Source: an uncultured Gammaproteobacteria bacterium
GTDB lineage: Bacteria > Patescibacteriota > Patescibacteriia > UBA1558 > GWA2-36-10
Length of the DNA stretch: 64,000 nucleotides
Direction of reading: 5' to 3'
Assembly (NCBI GenBank): GCA_964633905.1
Contig: CAZWIT010000005.1
Location: 26,610 to 90,609 of the forward strand
Under the pieces are notes generated by a model that had not been told where the DNA came from, did no database searches, and saw only the letters and a program-made list of their open reading frames with translations. This document shows, one piece after another, positions 1 through 8,653 of this stretch (the first letter of the stretch is position 1; the number at the start of each line of letters is the position of its first letter). The position numbers and the translations under genes are program-made.

Positions 1-885
1 AGCATAAAAAGTCAATTCCGGACTAGGCTGAACAAGCGGAACCATTTCCACGAGCACGGGCTTGGTTCTGACAATGCTGCCAGCTTGCCAAGCTTGGAAA
101 ATATAAGTCGTACTTGCCAAAACTTCAACGGAAATAGTGCCGGACAAACCAATATTATTGTTATTAGCATAGCCAGCAATAGTCACGCTATCAGCATTAA
201 CCGAAGACCAACTCAAATCAACCATGGTGCTGGGCGGGGCTTGTACCTGACTAGCCCAAGCATTCAAGCTTACGGTCGGCAGATCTGCCGGATGAACAGA
301 AAAAGCTTCCCGACGTACCAGATATTGATTATCTTCGCCAATCACCGCAAAGCTAACAACAAACTCACCAATATGTTGCGGTTTGTAGGAAAAACTATGC
401 TCACCTGCTTGGACAAAAACGCCAAGCGGTTCGATAATACCAAGCAAAGCATTGCTATTAACATGAACCATAATTTCCTCACCAAGCTGGATATCATAAG
501 GATCAATCTCCAAGCTAGACCAGAGTTCCTCCGGTTCCGGCGGATCAACAGGCAAAGCTTCGAGATTTTCATTAACAGCAATATTGGTATCTCCCAAGGC
601 CAAGCGCAGGCCGTAAGCCTTGCTCTTGTAACCTTCCTGAGAGAAGACAACAGCATATGACTTAGCTTCAAGTTCCAAACCAATGACCGGCGTATGGCCA
701 GCGTAGCTCAGGTTCTTGTCCTGCGACAACTCAAACACCGAAACATCGGCGTCCGGGTTGCAATGAATATCAACGATGGGATTACCAGGAATCGGCGGCA
801 CATAAGGCTGATCGAATTCGCTTTCGCAGCCAACCATGGCAAGCAAAGCCAAGGCCAGCACACCCAACAGGACTCTGTTCTTCAT
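1..885 (-). CDS. Secreted lipoprotein (C-terminus truncated by window edge); high-GC foreign-looking gene
   Basis: Hand translation of the minus strand gives an uninterrupted frame from ATG (complement of 883-885) to position 1. The N-terminus MKNRVLLGVLALALLAMVGC is a signal peptide with a lipobox-like Cys. An AAGGAGG RBS sits 6 nt upstream (complement of about 891-897). It is absent from the ORF track because it has no in-window stop. Local GC is about 50% against a genome background of about 33%. Confidence 0.6.
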   Translation of the reverse strand, partial: MKNRVLLGVLALALLAMVGCESEFDQPYVPPIPGNPIVDIHCNPDADVSVFELSQDKNLSYAGHTPVIGLELEAKSYAVVFSQEGYKSKAYGLRLALGDTNIAVNENLEALPVDPPEPEELWSSLEIDPYDIQLGEEIMVHVNSNALLGIIEPLGVFVQAGEHSFSYKPQHIGEFVVSFAVIGEDNQYLVRREAFSVHPADLPTVSLNAWASQVQAPPSTMVDLSWSSVNADSVTIAGYANNNNIGLSGTISVEVLASTTYIFQAWQAGSIVRTKPVLVEMVPLVQPSPELTFYA

Positions 886-897
886 GGTTCCTCCTTG

Positions 898-1914
898 CTA
901 GAAGTAGAGGGTGGCCCCGGCACTTGCCGAGAGTTTGTTGACGCGACCGCTCTGGTAGTGATCCAAGGACTGGAAACCACCGGCAGCATGAATGTCCAAG
1001 TGATTGCAGCGATAGCGCAAGCCCAAATAGGGGCCATAGCCTTGCTGCAAATATTCATTAACGCTATCCACGGACATGCTGGAGTAAAGCAGTCCAGCTG
1101 TAGGGCCAAAGCTCTTGCCCTTAGGAAGCCAAGTTACGGTCCCAGCCAAGAGCTTGTGATTCTTGTCACCAAACTCACTCTTACCGTAGGGCAAGAACCC
1201 ACCGGTAATGGAATACAGCCAATCGTTCTGACGATAGGTCAGACTCAAAGCCGGCACAGCCAAAGGCTCGCCGTGATTGACCATGACTGCTTCCACACCC
1301 ACACCAAGCTGCAGACGATCTTCTTCCTGAATAACTTTGTATTCAGGCGCAGGCTTTTCCTGCAAGTGTCTATCGAAATCATCACGCAAAACCTGAAGAG
1401 AATCAGCAAGAACATTGCTAATATACAAAAGCTGATCAACGTTATCATTTTCTACCAGCTCAAAAGCCTGGTAATAAATAACAATAGAAGGTACGGCCGT
1501 AATATTACTACCAGCGTCCTCTGCAACCAAAGTACTAAGGCCCATTGCTTTCAAAATCCGAACACCGTTTTGAAAACGTCCGGCAAGAGCGGCAGCGTCA
1601 TAGACGCCATTAAGCCTAGCTCTTTCTTGTTGCGAAATATTCTGCAGACGCTGCACGATTTTCCAGCCCTTGGCACTCTTGGTGGCTTTTACCACCATTT
1701 GGCCTTCGCCATTATTGGCGCGCTCGATATAGGGCTGCAAAACTTGCAGCTCAGCGAACTGGCTGACCACAAGAGAGTCAGCTACATCACCGTGCGGCAG
1801 ATAGATCACAACGCTACTCTCGCTTGTGACCTTAACGCTGTAGTTGTGACTTGAGGCAAAAGCCTGACCACACACCAACAACATCAAGACCAACAAACCC
1901 AAATGCTTTTTCAA
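898..1914 (-). CDS. Secreted beta-rich protein with outer-membrane-protein-like C-terminus (ends ...GATLYF); TTG start
   Basis: The track ORF 898..1962 probably starts at TTG (complement of 1912-1914), preceded by AAGGAG (complement of 1921-1926), which gives MKKHLGLLVLMLLVCGQAFA, a signal peptide. The C-terminal alternating hydrophobic residues ending in Phe are typical of BAM-dependent beta-barrels. GC is about 50%, and the gene is co-oriented with and adjacent to the lipoprotein gene at 1-885. Confidence 0.55.
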   Translation of the reverse strand: MKKHLGLLVLMLLVCGQAFASSHNYSVKVTSESSVVIYLPHGDVADSLVVSQFAELQVLQPYIERANNGEGQMVVKATKSAKGWKIVQRLQNISQQERARLNGVYDAAALAGRFQNGVRILKAMGLSTLVAEDAGSNITAVPSIVIYYQAFELVENDNVDQLLYISNVLADSLQVLRDDFDRHLQEKPAPEYKVIQEEDRLQLGVGVEAVMVNHGEPLAVPALSLTYRQNDWLYSITGGFLPYGKSEFGDKNHKLLAGTVTWLPKGKSFGPTAGLLYSSMSVDSVNEYLQQGYGPYLGLRYRCNHLDIHAAGGFQSLDHYQSGRVNKLSASAGATLYF

Positions 1915-2173
1915 GGCAGTCTCCTTTCGTTCCGTTTGACACGTTTCAAGACGCAAACCCAAAAACAGCCAGCTCTATTTGATCCTCTTTTGATCAACGA
2001 GTTGGCTCAAGCGTAGTGTATATTCCACTATCAAAGAACAAATGTATTTTTACAAATAGACCCAATAGTCTAAAACAATTACATAATTATGTCAAGATTT
2101 GATTATCAATAATAACCAAAAAAGAGCAGCAACTGCTCTCTTTTAATTTTAAACATAGATATTAATAAAGCCC

Positions 2174-2407
2174 TTAAACTACTTGTTTAGATTTTTTAAG
2201 TAAAATAATGCTTAACACAAAGGCTAAAGTAAAAAATATAGCCCCATAAAAACATGGTGTTAAAAATGGATTATTAATACCTGGAACACAGCCTAAAGGA
2301 TTGGCTTTATTATTAAGCCAATTTTTTAACTCATAGCCAAAGTTGCCCCAAGCAAACAAAGTGCCTAAAAGTAAAACATAAAATTGAATAGTGATAAATT
2401 TTTTCAT
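2174..2407 (-). CDS. Small membrane protein, unknown function (2 predicted TM, 2 Cys)
   Basis: 77-aa ORF with two hydrophobic segments, located immediately downstream of trmD on the same strand. Confidence 0.35.
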   Translation of the reverse strand: MKKFITIQFYVLLLGTLFAWGNFGYELKNWLNNKANPLGCVPGINNPFLTPCFYGAIFFTLAFVLSIILLKKSKQVV

Positions 2408-2423
2408 AAATTTATATTAAAAT

Positions 2424-3092
2424 TTAAATTCGATATTTAGTTTGTTTGTCTCGCCACTCTTTTATTAACTGATGATTACCAGAAAGCAAAACTTTAGGAA
2501 CCTTTAATCCTTTAAATTCTACTGGCCGAGTATATTGAGGAAATTCAATATTAAATTTTTTATTCTGCTTGCTAAAATTAGAAAAAGATTCTTCTAAGAC
2601 CGATGCTTCTTTACCAACTACGCCTGGCACTAACCTGGCTACACTATCAACCACACAAGCAGCGGCTAGTTCGCCACCAGTTAAAATAAAATTACCTAAA
2701 GAAATTTTTTCATCAATAAATTTATCAATGCGCGCATCAATTGCTTCATAGTGTCCAGCAATTAAAATAAGTCTTTTGTATTTGGCTAGTTGTCTTACTT
2801 TATTTTGATCTAAAGTTTTCCCGCGGGGTGAAAGTAAAATAACTCTAGTATTTTTATTTTTTTGTTTATATATTTTTTTTAAAGTTTTATAAACCGGTTC
2901 AATTTTTAAAACCATACCTGGTCCACCACCATAAGGCGTATCATCAACGGTTTTTCTTTTGTCTGTAGTTTGCTCCCTAATATCAAAAGTATTGATACTA
3001 ATCAATTTTTTATCTTGCGCTCTTTTAATAATTGAAGAATTAAAATAGCTACTTAAACTGTCTGGGAAAATTGTTAAAATATCAAAACGCAT
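2424..3092 (-). CDS. trmD: tRNA (guanine37-N1)-methyltransferase TrmD
   Basis: The N-terminus MRFDILTIFP...YF and the central motifs (PYGGGPGMV, LIAGHYEAID, SGNH) are characteristic of TrmD. The gene lies in a conserved neighbourhood with rpsP and the KH-domain protein. Confidence 0.9.
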   Translation of the reverse strand: MRFDILTIFPDSLSSYFNSSIIKRAQDKKLISINTFDIREQTTDKRKTVDDTPYGGGPGMVLKIEPVYKTLKKIYKQKNKNTRVILLSPRGKTLDQNKVRQLAKYKRLILIAGHYEAIDARIDKFIDEKISLGNFILTGGELAAACVVDSVARLVPGVVGKEASVLEESFSNFSKQNKKFNIEFPQYTRPVEFKGLKVPKVLLSGNHQLIKEWRDKQTKYRI

Positions 3093-3093
3093 A

Positions 3094-3525
3094 TTATTTT
3101 ATATTATTTAAATCACCGTTCAAAACTACCGGCTGCATAGCTATTATTTCGTCACTATAATTTAGCTCTGGGATAGGATTAAGTAAAAATATTTTTTTAT
3201 TTAAAATAAAAGCAAAACCAATCTCTAAAAATACATTACCGCCAATATAATTTTTTATACCTTTTTTCTCATAATTTAAAACTAAAATCGCTTCTGATCT
3301 TTCTATTTTTTTATAATGCCTAATAATAGCATTATTTTTTATAACTCTATCTGCAGCTGAGCTGGATTCTTTTTCTTTTTTAATATCAAATACATCAATC
3401 TGCCCAGATAAAATCTGCTCAGCCGTAGACGGCACAAAAACTTCGTGCCCTAACTCTCTTAATTTTTCCGCCACTTCGCCTATTTCTTTAGAAAAGTACA
3501 GACTACTACAAATAGTTATTATCAT
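3094..3525 (-). CDS. Nucleoside 2-deoxyribosyltransferase-like protein (PF05014-like fold), function uncertain
   Basis: The N-terminal ...ELGHEVFVP and the motif VFLEIGFAFILNKKIFLL resemble the conserved Glu-containing E(I/L)G(F/Y)A motif of the N-deoxyribosyltransferase-like family. The gene occupies the position where rimM would normally sit. Confidence 0.4.
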   Translation of the reverse strand: MIITICSSLYFSKEIGEVAEKLRELGHEVFVPSTAEQILSGQIDVFDIKKEKESSSAADRVIKNNAIIRHYKKIERSEAILVLNYEKKGIKNYIGGNVFLEIGFAFILNKKIFLLNPIPELNYSDEIIAMQPVVLNGDLNNIK

Positions 3526-3660
3526 GGATTAAAGATACTACAAAATTAAGAAAAAACCAAATATTTTAAAAGATTATTGACTTTCTTAAAAAAATATTAT
3601 TAAATACATTTTTGCACCTTTAAATCACCCATAAAATCCCTCAAACAAAGGAGTTAGTTT

Positions 3661-4008
3661 GTGATAAATTTTAGTCGCCTAGTTGACTTAAGGCCTGGTA
3701 AATTATTTTTTTTAACAGCTGAAATGGTTGCACAGCTGCAAGAATCTAAAAACTACGGCCTATTTTCCGAAGCTTTACCGATGGTACTAGTGTTAAACAC
3801 TTTGAAAAAAAGCTACCCGCAAACACTTGTCATCTTACCAAAAGAAAAAAAAGATCGTGGCATTCATTTATTCTTACCAAAATGTAAAGCCTATACAACG
3901 CTGATTATCATTTGGCAAGAAGGCAACAATGCTGCTGCTATTACAACAAGCTCTTATTTTGAACTAGTGGCCAATAAAAAAATCAAAGCATTGCCAATAC
4001 CAAGGTGA
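3661..4008 (+). CDS. Hypothetical protein
   Basis: GTG start at 3661 preceded by AAAGGAG (3648-3654). 115-aa ORF followed by an intrinsic terminator hairpin at 4031-4053 plus a T-run. Confidence 0.4.
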   Translation: MINFSRLVDLRPGKLFFLTAEMVAQLQESKNYGLFSEALPMVLVLNTLKKSYPQTLVILPKEKKDRGIHLFLPKCKAYTTLIIIWQEGNNAAAITTSSYFELVANKKIKALPIPR

Positions 4009-4030
4009 TTATAAACCAAGCTTAAATCCG

Positions 4031-4062
4031 GCACCAGATAAATACTCTGGTGCTATTTTTTA
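4031..4062 (+). terminator. Rho-independent terminator for the 3661-4008 gene
   Basis: GCACCAGA / TCTGGTGC stem with a 7-nt loop, followed by TATTTTTT. Confidence 0.5.
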
Positions 4063-4063
4063 T

Positions 4064-4095
4064 AAAAAAACAAAAGACCGCTAGTTGCGGTCTTT
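4064..4095 (-). terminator. Rho-independent terminator for the KH-domain gene (minus strand)
   Basis: Hairpin AGACCGC-tagt-GCGGTCT at 4075-4095, followed on the minus strand by a U-run (complement of the A-run at 4064-4074). Together with 4031-4062 it forms a back-to-back convergent terminator pair. Confidence 0.5.
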
Positions 4096-4115
4096 TGTGT
4101 GATTTATAAAATAAC

Positions 4116-4421
4116 TTATAGTTTTAAATCATCTACTTCTTCGGCACGGGGTTCGCGATGCTGTTGTGGGCGACCTTCTTTATTTGGTTCGTAAACTTTT
4201 AAGTTTACATAGGAATTATTCCTGTTGCCAATGATACGCAATAAGGTGCGTAAAGCCCTAGCAGTTTGGCCCTGTTTGCCAATAATCTTACCCATTTCTT
4301 CTGGATTGACTTTTAAAGTCAAAAGAACACCTCTTTCGTCAATAACCCGTTCAACAACGACGTCTTCTGGTTTATCGACCAAAGCTTTAACAATAGTTTC
4401 TAAAAATTCTTTGTCCTGCAT
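4116..4421 (-). CDS. khpA: KH-domain RNA-binding protein (KhpA/YlqC family)
   Basis: The sequence includes IGKQGQTARALRTLL, containing the GXXG KH motif. The gene sits directly downstream of rpsP, as in the rpsP-ylqC-rimM-trmD cluster. Confidence 0.75.
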   Translation of the reverse strand: MQDKEFLETIVKALVDKPEDVVVERVIDERGVLLTLKVNPEEMGKIIGKQGQTARALRTLLRIIGNRNNSYVNLKVYEPNKEGRPQQHREPRAEEVDDLKL

Positions 4422-4510
4422 TTTTTTAAATTAATGATCTTATTAACTGCTGTTATCCTGATTTTAGAATAACTTTGAAATTATAAAATATTTTTTTAAA
4501 AAGGTCAAAT

Positions 4511-4861
4511 TTAAGCTGGATTTTCAACTGGAGCAGCTTTGGCAGCTTCGGCTTTTGCACTAGCAGCTTTGGCGGCAATTTTTACACTACGCTTTTTACT
4601 GATCGCTACAGCTTTAACCTTTTTTTCAGTAATTATTTTTTCTTTTACCAAAAGATTATGCATAGTAGCTGAAGTAGTAGCTCCGACTGAAAGCCAATAT
4701 TTTATCCGTTCTACCTTTAAATTGGCCACTTTGGTGTGTGGATTATAACTACCTAAAGATTCTAAATGATCACCGTACATATCACGGGTCTTATCAGAAA
4801 TCATCACACGATATAATGGCTGTCCTTTGCGACCAACTCTTTTTAATCTGATTGCTAACAT
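4511..4861 (-). CDS. rpsP: 30S ribosomal protein S16 with Ala/Lys-rich C-terminal extension
   Basis: The N-terminal half (MLAIRLKRVGRKGQPLYRVMISDKTRDMYGDHLESLGSYNP...) is recognisably bS16. The C-terminus carries a low-complexity AKAASAKAEAAKAAP tail. Confidence 0.9.
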   Translation of the reverse strand: MLAIRLKRVGRKGQPLYRVMISDKTRDMYGDHLESLGSYNPHTKVANLKVERIKYWLSVGATTSATMHNLLVKEKIITEKKVKAVAISKKRSVKIAAKAASAKAEAAKAAPVENPA

Positions 4862-4993
4862 CTTTGTCTATACAAAAAAATTAATTAAATAAGTGTCCCC
4901 AATATTACTATATTTAGATGATATTGTCAACCTAAACATTAACTTAAAATAAAAAGGGGCTTTATCTAGCCCCAAAATACTAATTTATCAGTA

Positions 4994-5410
4994 TTAAGAC
5001 CTGATAAAACAAGTGCCCTTGCGAGTTGGCACTTCTTCCAGTTTACCGTCATCTACTAGTATAAACAAAGCCTTCTTTATCAGTGCACGTGAATATCTTT
5101 TGCCCAATTTATAATAAACATCATCAGGCGAAAATTTACACTTAGGACGGAATTCCTGAGCAGCCTGATCAACGGTAATTAAAACATATTCGTGTACCGC
5201 TTCTTGGGCTGGTGGCGGATTCTTACCATTATAGTTATCAAACTTAGGCAAATTAACTTGTGACCGAATCTTAGCAACGCGCTTACGATAATCTCTTTCC
5301 AAGAAAAAAATCAAAGCAATAAAAAATAATAAACTAATAACTACGCCGACGGCAACCTCCTTATCAATTATTACCGTCTTCCCTCCGCTTAACAAAGCAA
5401 AAAATAACAT
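4994..5410 (-). CDS. Membrane-anchored hypothetical protein (N-terminal TM, C-terminal winged-helix-like region)
   Basis: ATG preceded by AAGGAGG (complement of about 5417-5423). One N-terminal hydrophobic segment and a basic C-terminal domain. Confidence 0.4.
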   Translation of the reverse strand: MLFFALLSGGKTVIIDKEVAVGVVISLLFFIALIFFLERDYRKRVAKIRSQVNLPKFDNYNGKNPPPAQEAVHEYVLITVDQAAQEFRPKCKFSPDDVYYKLGKRYSRALIKKALFILVDDGKLEEVPTRKGTCFIRS

Positions 5411-5508
5411 CTTGCCTGCCTCCTTGTGTGTGAGTGAACAAAACCGGCCTAGTGCCGTGAACTAGCTTAGATTAACGCTTATTTTTTTGAGTGTCAATAA
5501 TCTAAAAT

Positions 5509-8082
5509 TTAAGCGGCTATTTTATCAGCTTCATCAAAATTAACCGATAACAATTTGGAAACACTGTCATCACCCATGGTAACACCGTAAATAATCCTAG
5601 ATTGTTGCATGGTAGCGCGGTTATGAGTAATAGCAATAAATTGAGTTTTATTAGATAGCTCGGCTAAAATTTGACTAAACCTAACTGAGTTAGCTTCATC
5701 TAAAGCAGCATCCACTTCATCTAAAACTACAAAAGGCGATGGATTATTAGCAATAATAGCACAGATCAAAGCAATAGAAGTTAAAGCTTTTTCACCGCCT
5801 GATAACATATTAATACTAGATAAACGCTTACCCGGAGGCGTTGCTTTTATTTCAATACCATATTGTTTTCTAATTGCTGAATTACTATTTTTTTCTTGTG
5901 CCTCTGTCTCACCATTTTCTATTTCAATAGATTCATCTTTTACTTCTCTAATATCTAAAATTAATTCTGCCTTACCACCATTAAATAATTTTTTAAAATA
6001 AGTATCAAATAATTTATTTATATTATGAAAGGCCTGATCAAACTGCTCAGCAATGGCTTCATCTAAATCTTTGATAATTTTCTCTAAATGTTCAATGGCC
6101 TGTTCCAAATCTTTGCTTTGCTCGCTCAAAAAAGTAAAACGATCATTGACCTGAGTAAATTCAGAAGCAACCGTTGGATCAATACCACCAATAATCTGTA
6201 ATTGATTTTTTAAATTATTAATTTGTTGACGCACGCTATCAGCTTCTAAATCTTTGACAACTTGCACTTTAAGCTCTGGCATTTCCTCAGCAATTTCTGC
6301 TAGCAAATCTTCTTGCTTAGTTTCCAATTTAGCTAAAATTATTTTTACTTCATTTAAATGGGCATTTTTACTATTAAATTCTTGCTGAATATCGCGGAAA
6401 CTTTTTTGTGATTGCAATAAAGCTGAGCGTTTAGCCTCTTCTTCAGCATTAAAATTTTTAATCTGCTCTTCAATTTTAGCGATTACTAAAGACTGTTGAT
6501 TTATTTTATGATTAATATTATTTAGCTGTTCTTGCAATAATTTATTGTCAACTGATTTTTCTAAAATTAATTTACGATCATGTTCTAATTTTAATAATTC
6601 ATCTTTAATTGAGATAATTAGTTCTTCTGATTGTTTGATATTTTGATTAAAGCCAGACAAAGCCGCCCGAGCTTCGGCGATTTCTCCTACCAAAGTGTCC
6701 TTGTGTGTTAATAATTTATTAAAATCTTGTTGCCAATTTCCTTGCGAAATATCACTAGCTTGCTGCAAACGTTCGCCTAAATTTCTTAAACTCTTACTGA
6801 CCTGCTGACAAGTATGCTTTAAACTACTTAGCTCTTCTAGGCTTTCCATTTTATCTAAAGAGTCTTGCAAAGTCTGCTGATCATGAATAATACCCTCTAG
6901 TTCTTTAGCAATCTTAGCTGGAGACCAATTACCCTGCTGGTTGGACATTATCAATTTTTCCAATTTCTGAAAATCTTCGACTACCCGAGTCTGATTTTTT
7001 TCTAAAGTAACAAGTTCATCTTTTGCTTGTTGAGCCTGATGACGTTGGCTTTCTAATTTTAAATTAGCCTTATTTAATTGATTTTCTAAATCAGATACTC
7101 TTTTCTTTAACCAAACAATATCTGCTTGTCCACTAGCAAGCAATTTCAAATCCGACTGTCCTTCTAAAATTGTTTTATCTTTTAATAAAACATTGAGCTC
7201 GGCCTGTTCTTGGCTTAAGCTTTTTTGCAAAATTTCAAAATTATTCTGACGAGTGTTGGCCTTTGCTTCTTTATCTAAAGAGGTTTGTAAATCTACCAAC
7301 TGCTGATTCAATTCGGCTACTTGCGTTTGCCAAACATGATAATTGCTTCTGGCTTCTTTTAATTCTTTTTCTAAATTATTCTTCAAAAAATTATAATATT
7401 GCGTTTGCAATTCCTGTAATTCAAAAGTTATTTTTTCTCTTTTTTCTAAACGCCTTACCTGCCTAGTCAGACTGCGCAAATGTGGTTCTAATTCTAAAAT
7501 AATTTGCCTTGTTTGTTCTAAATTTTCCTTAGCACCATCTAGTTTAGAAATAGCCTGCTCTTTTTTGATTTGAAACTGACGTACGCCAGTTGCCTCATCG
7601 AAAAATTCTTTACGCTCAGCAGCTGATGATATTAAAATAGAATCAACTGTGCCCTGGCCGATTACGCTATAGGTTTTTTGACCAAAATTAGCTTTAGCCA
7701 AAAGCAATTGCACGTCTAATAATCTAACTTTATTGTTATTGATTAAATATTCTGAGCTAGCATCCCTATCTACCCGACGCGTAATAACTATTTGATCATA
7801 GTCTACGTCAGCTGATTTATCACTATTATTTAAATATAGACTTACTTCGGCAAATCCTAAGCGACTTTTTTTATCAGAGCCAACAAAAATAACATCTTCC
7901 GCTTTTTTGCCACGCAAAGTCTTACTACTCTGCTCACCCAAAACCCAACGCACTGCGTCAGCAATATTTGATTTGCCAGAACCATTAGGACCAACGATAG
8001 CCGTAAGCTCTCGATTAAAAACTAACTGACTATGCCTAGCAAAAGATTTAAAGCCTTGAATTTCTAATTTTTCTAAATACAT
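5509..8082 (-). CDS. smc: Chromosome segregation protein SMC (short form, 857 aa)
   Basis: N-terminal Walker A (GPNGSGKSNI), long heptad-rich coiled-coil arms, and a C-terminal signature LSGGEK plus a Walker B VLDEVDAALD. Confidence 0.85.
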   Translation of the reverse strand: MYLEKLEIQGFKSFARHSQLVFNRELTAIVGPNGSGKSNIADAVRWVLGEQSSKTLRGKKAEDVIFVGSDKKSRLGFAEVSLYLNNSDKSADVDYDQIVITRRVDRDASSEYLINNNKVRLLDVQLLLAKANFGQKTYSVIGQGTVDSILISSAAERKEFFDEATGVRQFQIKKEQAISKLDGAKENLEQTRQIILELEPHLRSLTRQVRRLEKREKITFELQELQTQYYNFLKNNLEKELKEARSNYHVWQTQVAELNQQLVDLQTSLDKEAKANTRQNNFEILQKSLSQEQAELNVLLKDKTILEGQSDLKLLASGQADIVWLKKRVSDLENQLNKANLKLESQRHQAQQAKDELVTLEKNQTRVVEDFQKLEKLIMSNQQGNWSPAKIAKELEGIIHDQQTLQDSLDKMESLEELSSLKHTCQQVSKSLRNLGERLQQASDISQGNWQQDFNKLLTHKDTLVGEIAEARAALSGFNQNIKQSEELIISIKDELLKLEHDRKLILEKSVDNKLLQEQLNNINHKINQQSLVIAKIEEQIKNFNAEEEAKRSALLQSQKSFRDIQQEFNSKNAHLNEVKIILAKLETKQEDLLAEIAEEMPELKVQVVKDLEADSVRQQINNLKNQLQIIGGIDPTVASEFTQVNDRFTFLSEQSKDLEQAIEHLEKIIKDLDEAIAEQFDQAFHNINKLFDTYFKKLFNGGKAELILDIREVKDESIEIENGETEAQEKNSNSAIRKQYGIEIKATPPGKRLSSINMLSGGEKALTSIALICAIIANNPSPFVVLDEVDAALDEANSVRFSQILAELSNKTQFIAITHNRATMQQSRIIYGVTMGDDSVSKLLSVNFDEADKIAA

Positions 8083-8140
8083 AAATAAAAAATAAACGCT
8101 ACTTTAAGCGCTCTTATTTTAACATATTTTGCCTGCTTTG

Positions 8141-8320
8141 ATAAATTAAAAACCTGTTGCTTAAAACGCAACAGGTCGGATAATAAGGCGCCGCCTCGTG
8201 TGTAACTCACAGGCACATGGCCTACGCTCCATTGTCATGGTTCGTGTCGAAACACGTACCGGAGTCAACAGCGTCAAGTCAGCTGTCTAGGTTTCACACT
8301 TAGCGGCGCCCATAGACTTA
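8141..8320 (-). ncRNA. GC-rich structured ncRNA candidate B (unknown family; 6S- or SRP-like possibilities untested)
   Basis: A roughly 60% GC block in a 33% GC genome. A terminal closing helix GGCGCCGC / GCGGCGCC pairs 8188-8195 with 8303-8310. An apical UUCG-tetraloop hairpin on the minus strand, CGUGU-UUCG-ACACG, lies at about 8238-8251. The element ends in a minus-strand intrinsic terminator, CCTGTTGC-loop-GCAACAGG at 8153-8175, followed by a U-run. No ORF is present. Confidence 0.45.
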
Positions 8321-8393
8321 AAGAAGAACAATCAAAGTATCATATACACTAACAAAAAATCTAAAATATGTCAAGATTAGCTACAAAAAACAA

Positions 8394-8565
8394 TAAAAAA
8401 AGAGTCGATCCGTAGATCGACTCACAAAATGGCGGCGGGTCTGCGAATGAGATAGGCTAGGGTTAAGGTGACGTGCACACTGTTAGGAGGCAATAGAGAT
8501 CAACTCGATTGAAAAACTGGCCTAGCCATCAAGGTTCCGCAGAACCCGCCAACGAACTTGTTTAC
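8394..8565 (-). ncRNA. GC-rich structured ncRNA candidate A (unknown family)
   Basis: A 13-bp closing helix GGCGGGUUCUGCG / CGCAGACCCGCC pairs about 8540-8552 with 8439-8450. An inner helix GGCUAGG / CCUAGCC is also present. The element ends in a strong minus-strand terminator, GAGTCGATC-cgta-GATCGACTC at 8402-8423, followed by U7. No ORF is present, and the GC content is far above the local background. Confidence 0.45.
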
Positions 8566-8653
8566 ATTAATATTATATATTACTAAATTTATTTTTGTCA
8601 AGAAAATAAAAAACCAAGCCTTATGCCTGGTTTATATATTATTATTTTTTATA

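Noticed and set aside
694-1854. 386-aa plus-strand ORF, and the 85-660 plus-strand ORF, in the high-GC island
   Set aside because: Both are antisense shadows of the better-supported minus-strand genes (1-885 lipoprotein, 898-1914 OMP-like). Those minus-strand genes have RBSs, signal peptides and coherent protein features, and long spurious ORFs are expected on the opposite strand of high-GC sequence.
8141-8565. RNase P RNA, tmRNA or SRP RNA identity for the GC-rich blocks
   Set aside because: I could not find the RNase P P4 strands (AGGAAAGUCCGG / ACAGAANCCGGCUUA), a tRNA-like T-arm or tag-peptide frame for tmRNA, or a GNRA-capped domain IV with the AGCA motif for SRP RNA. The identity is left open rather than asserted.
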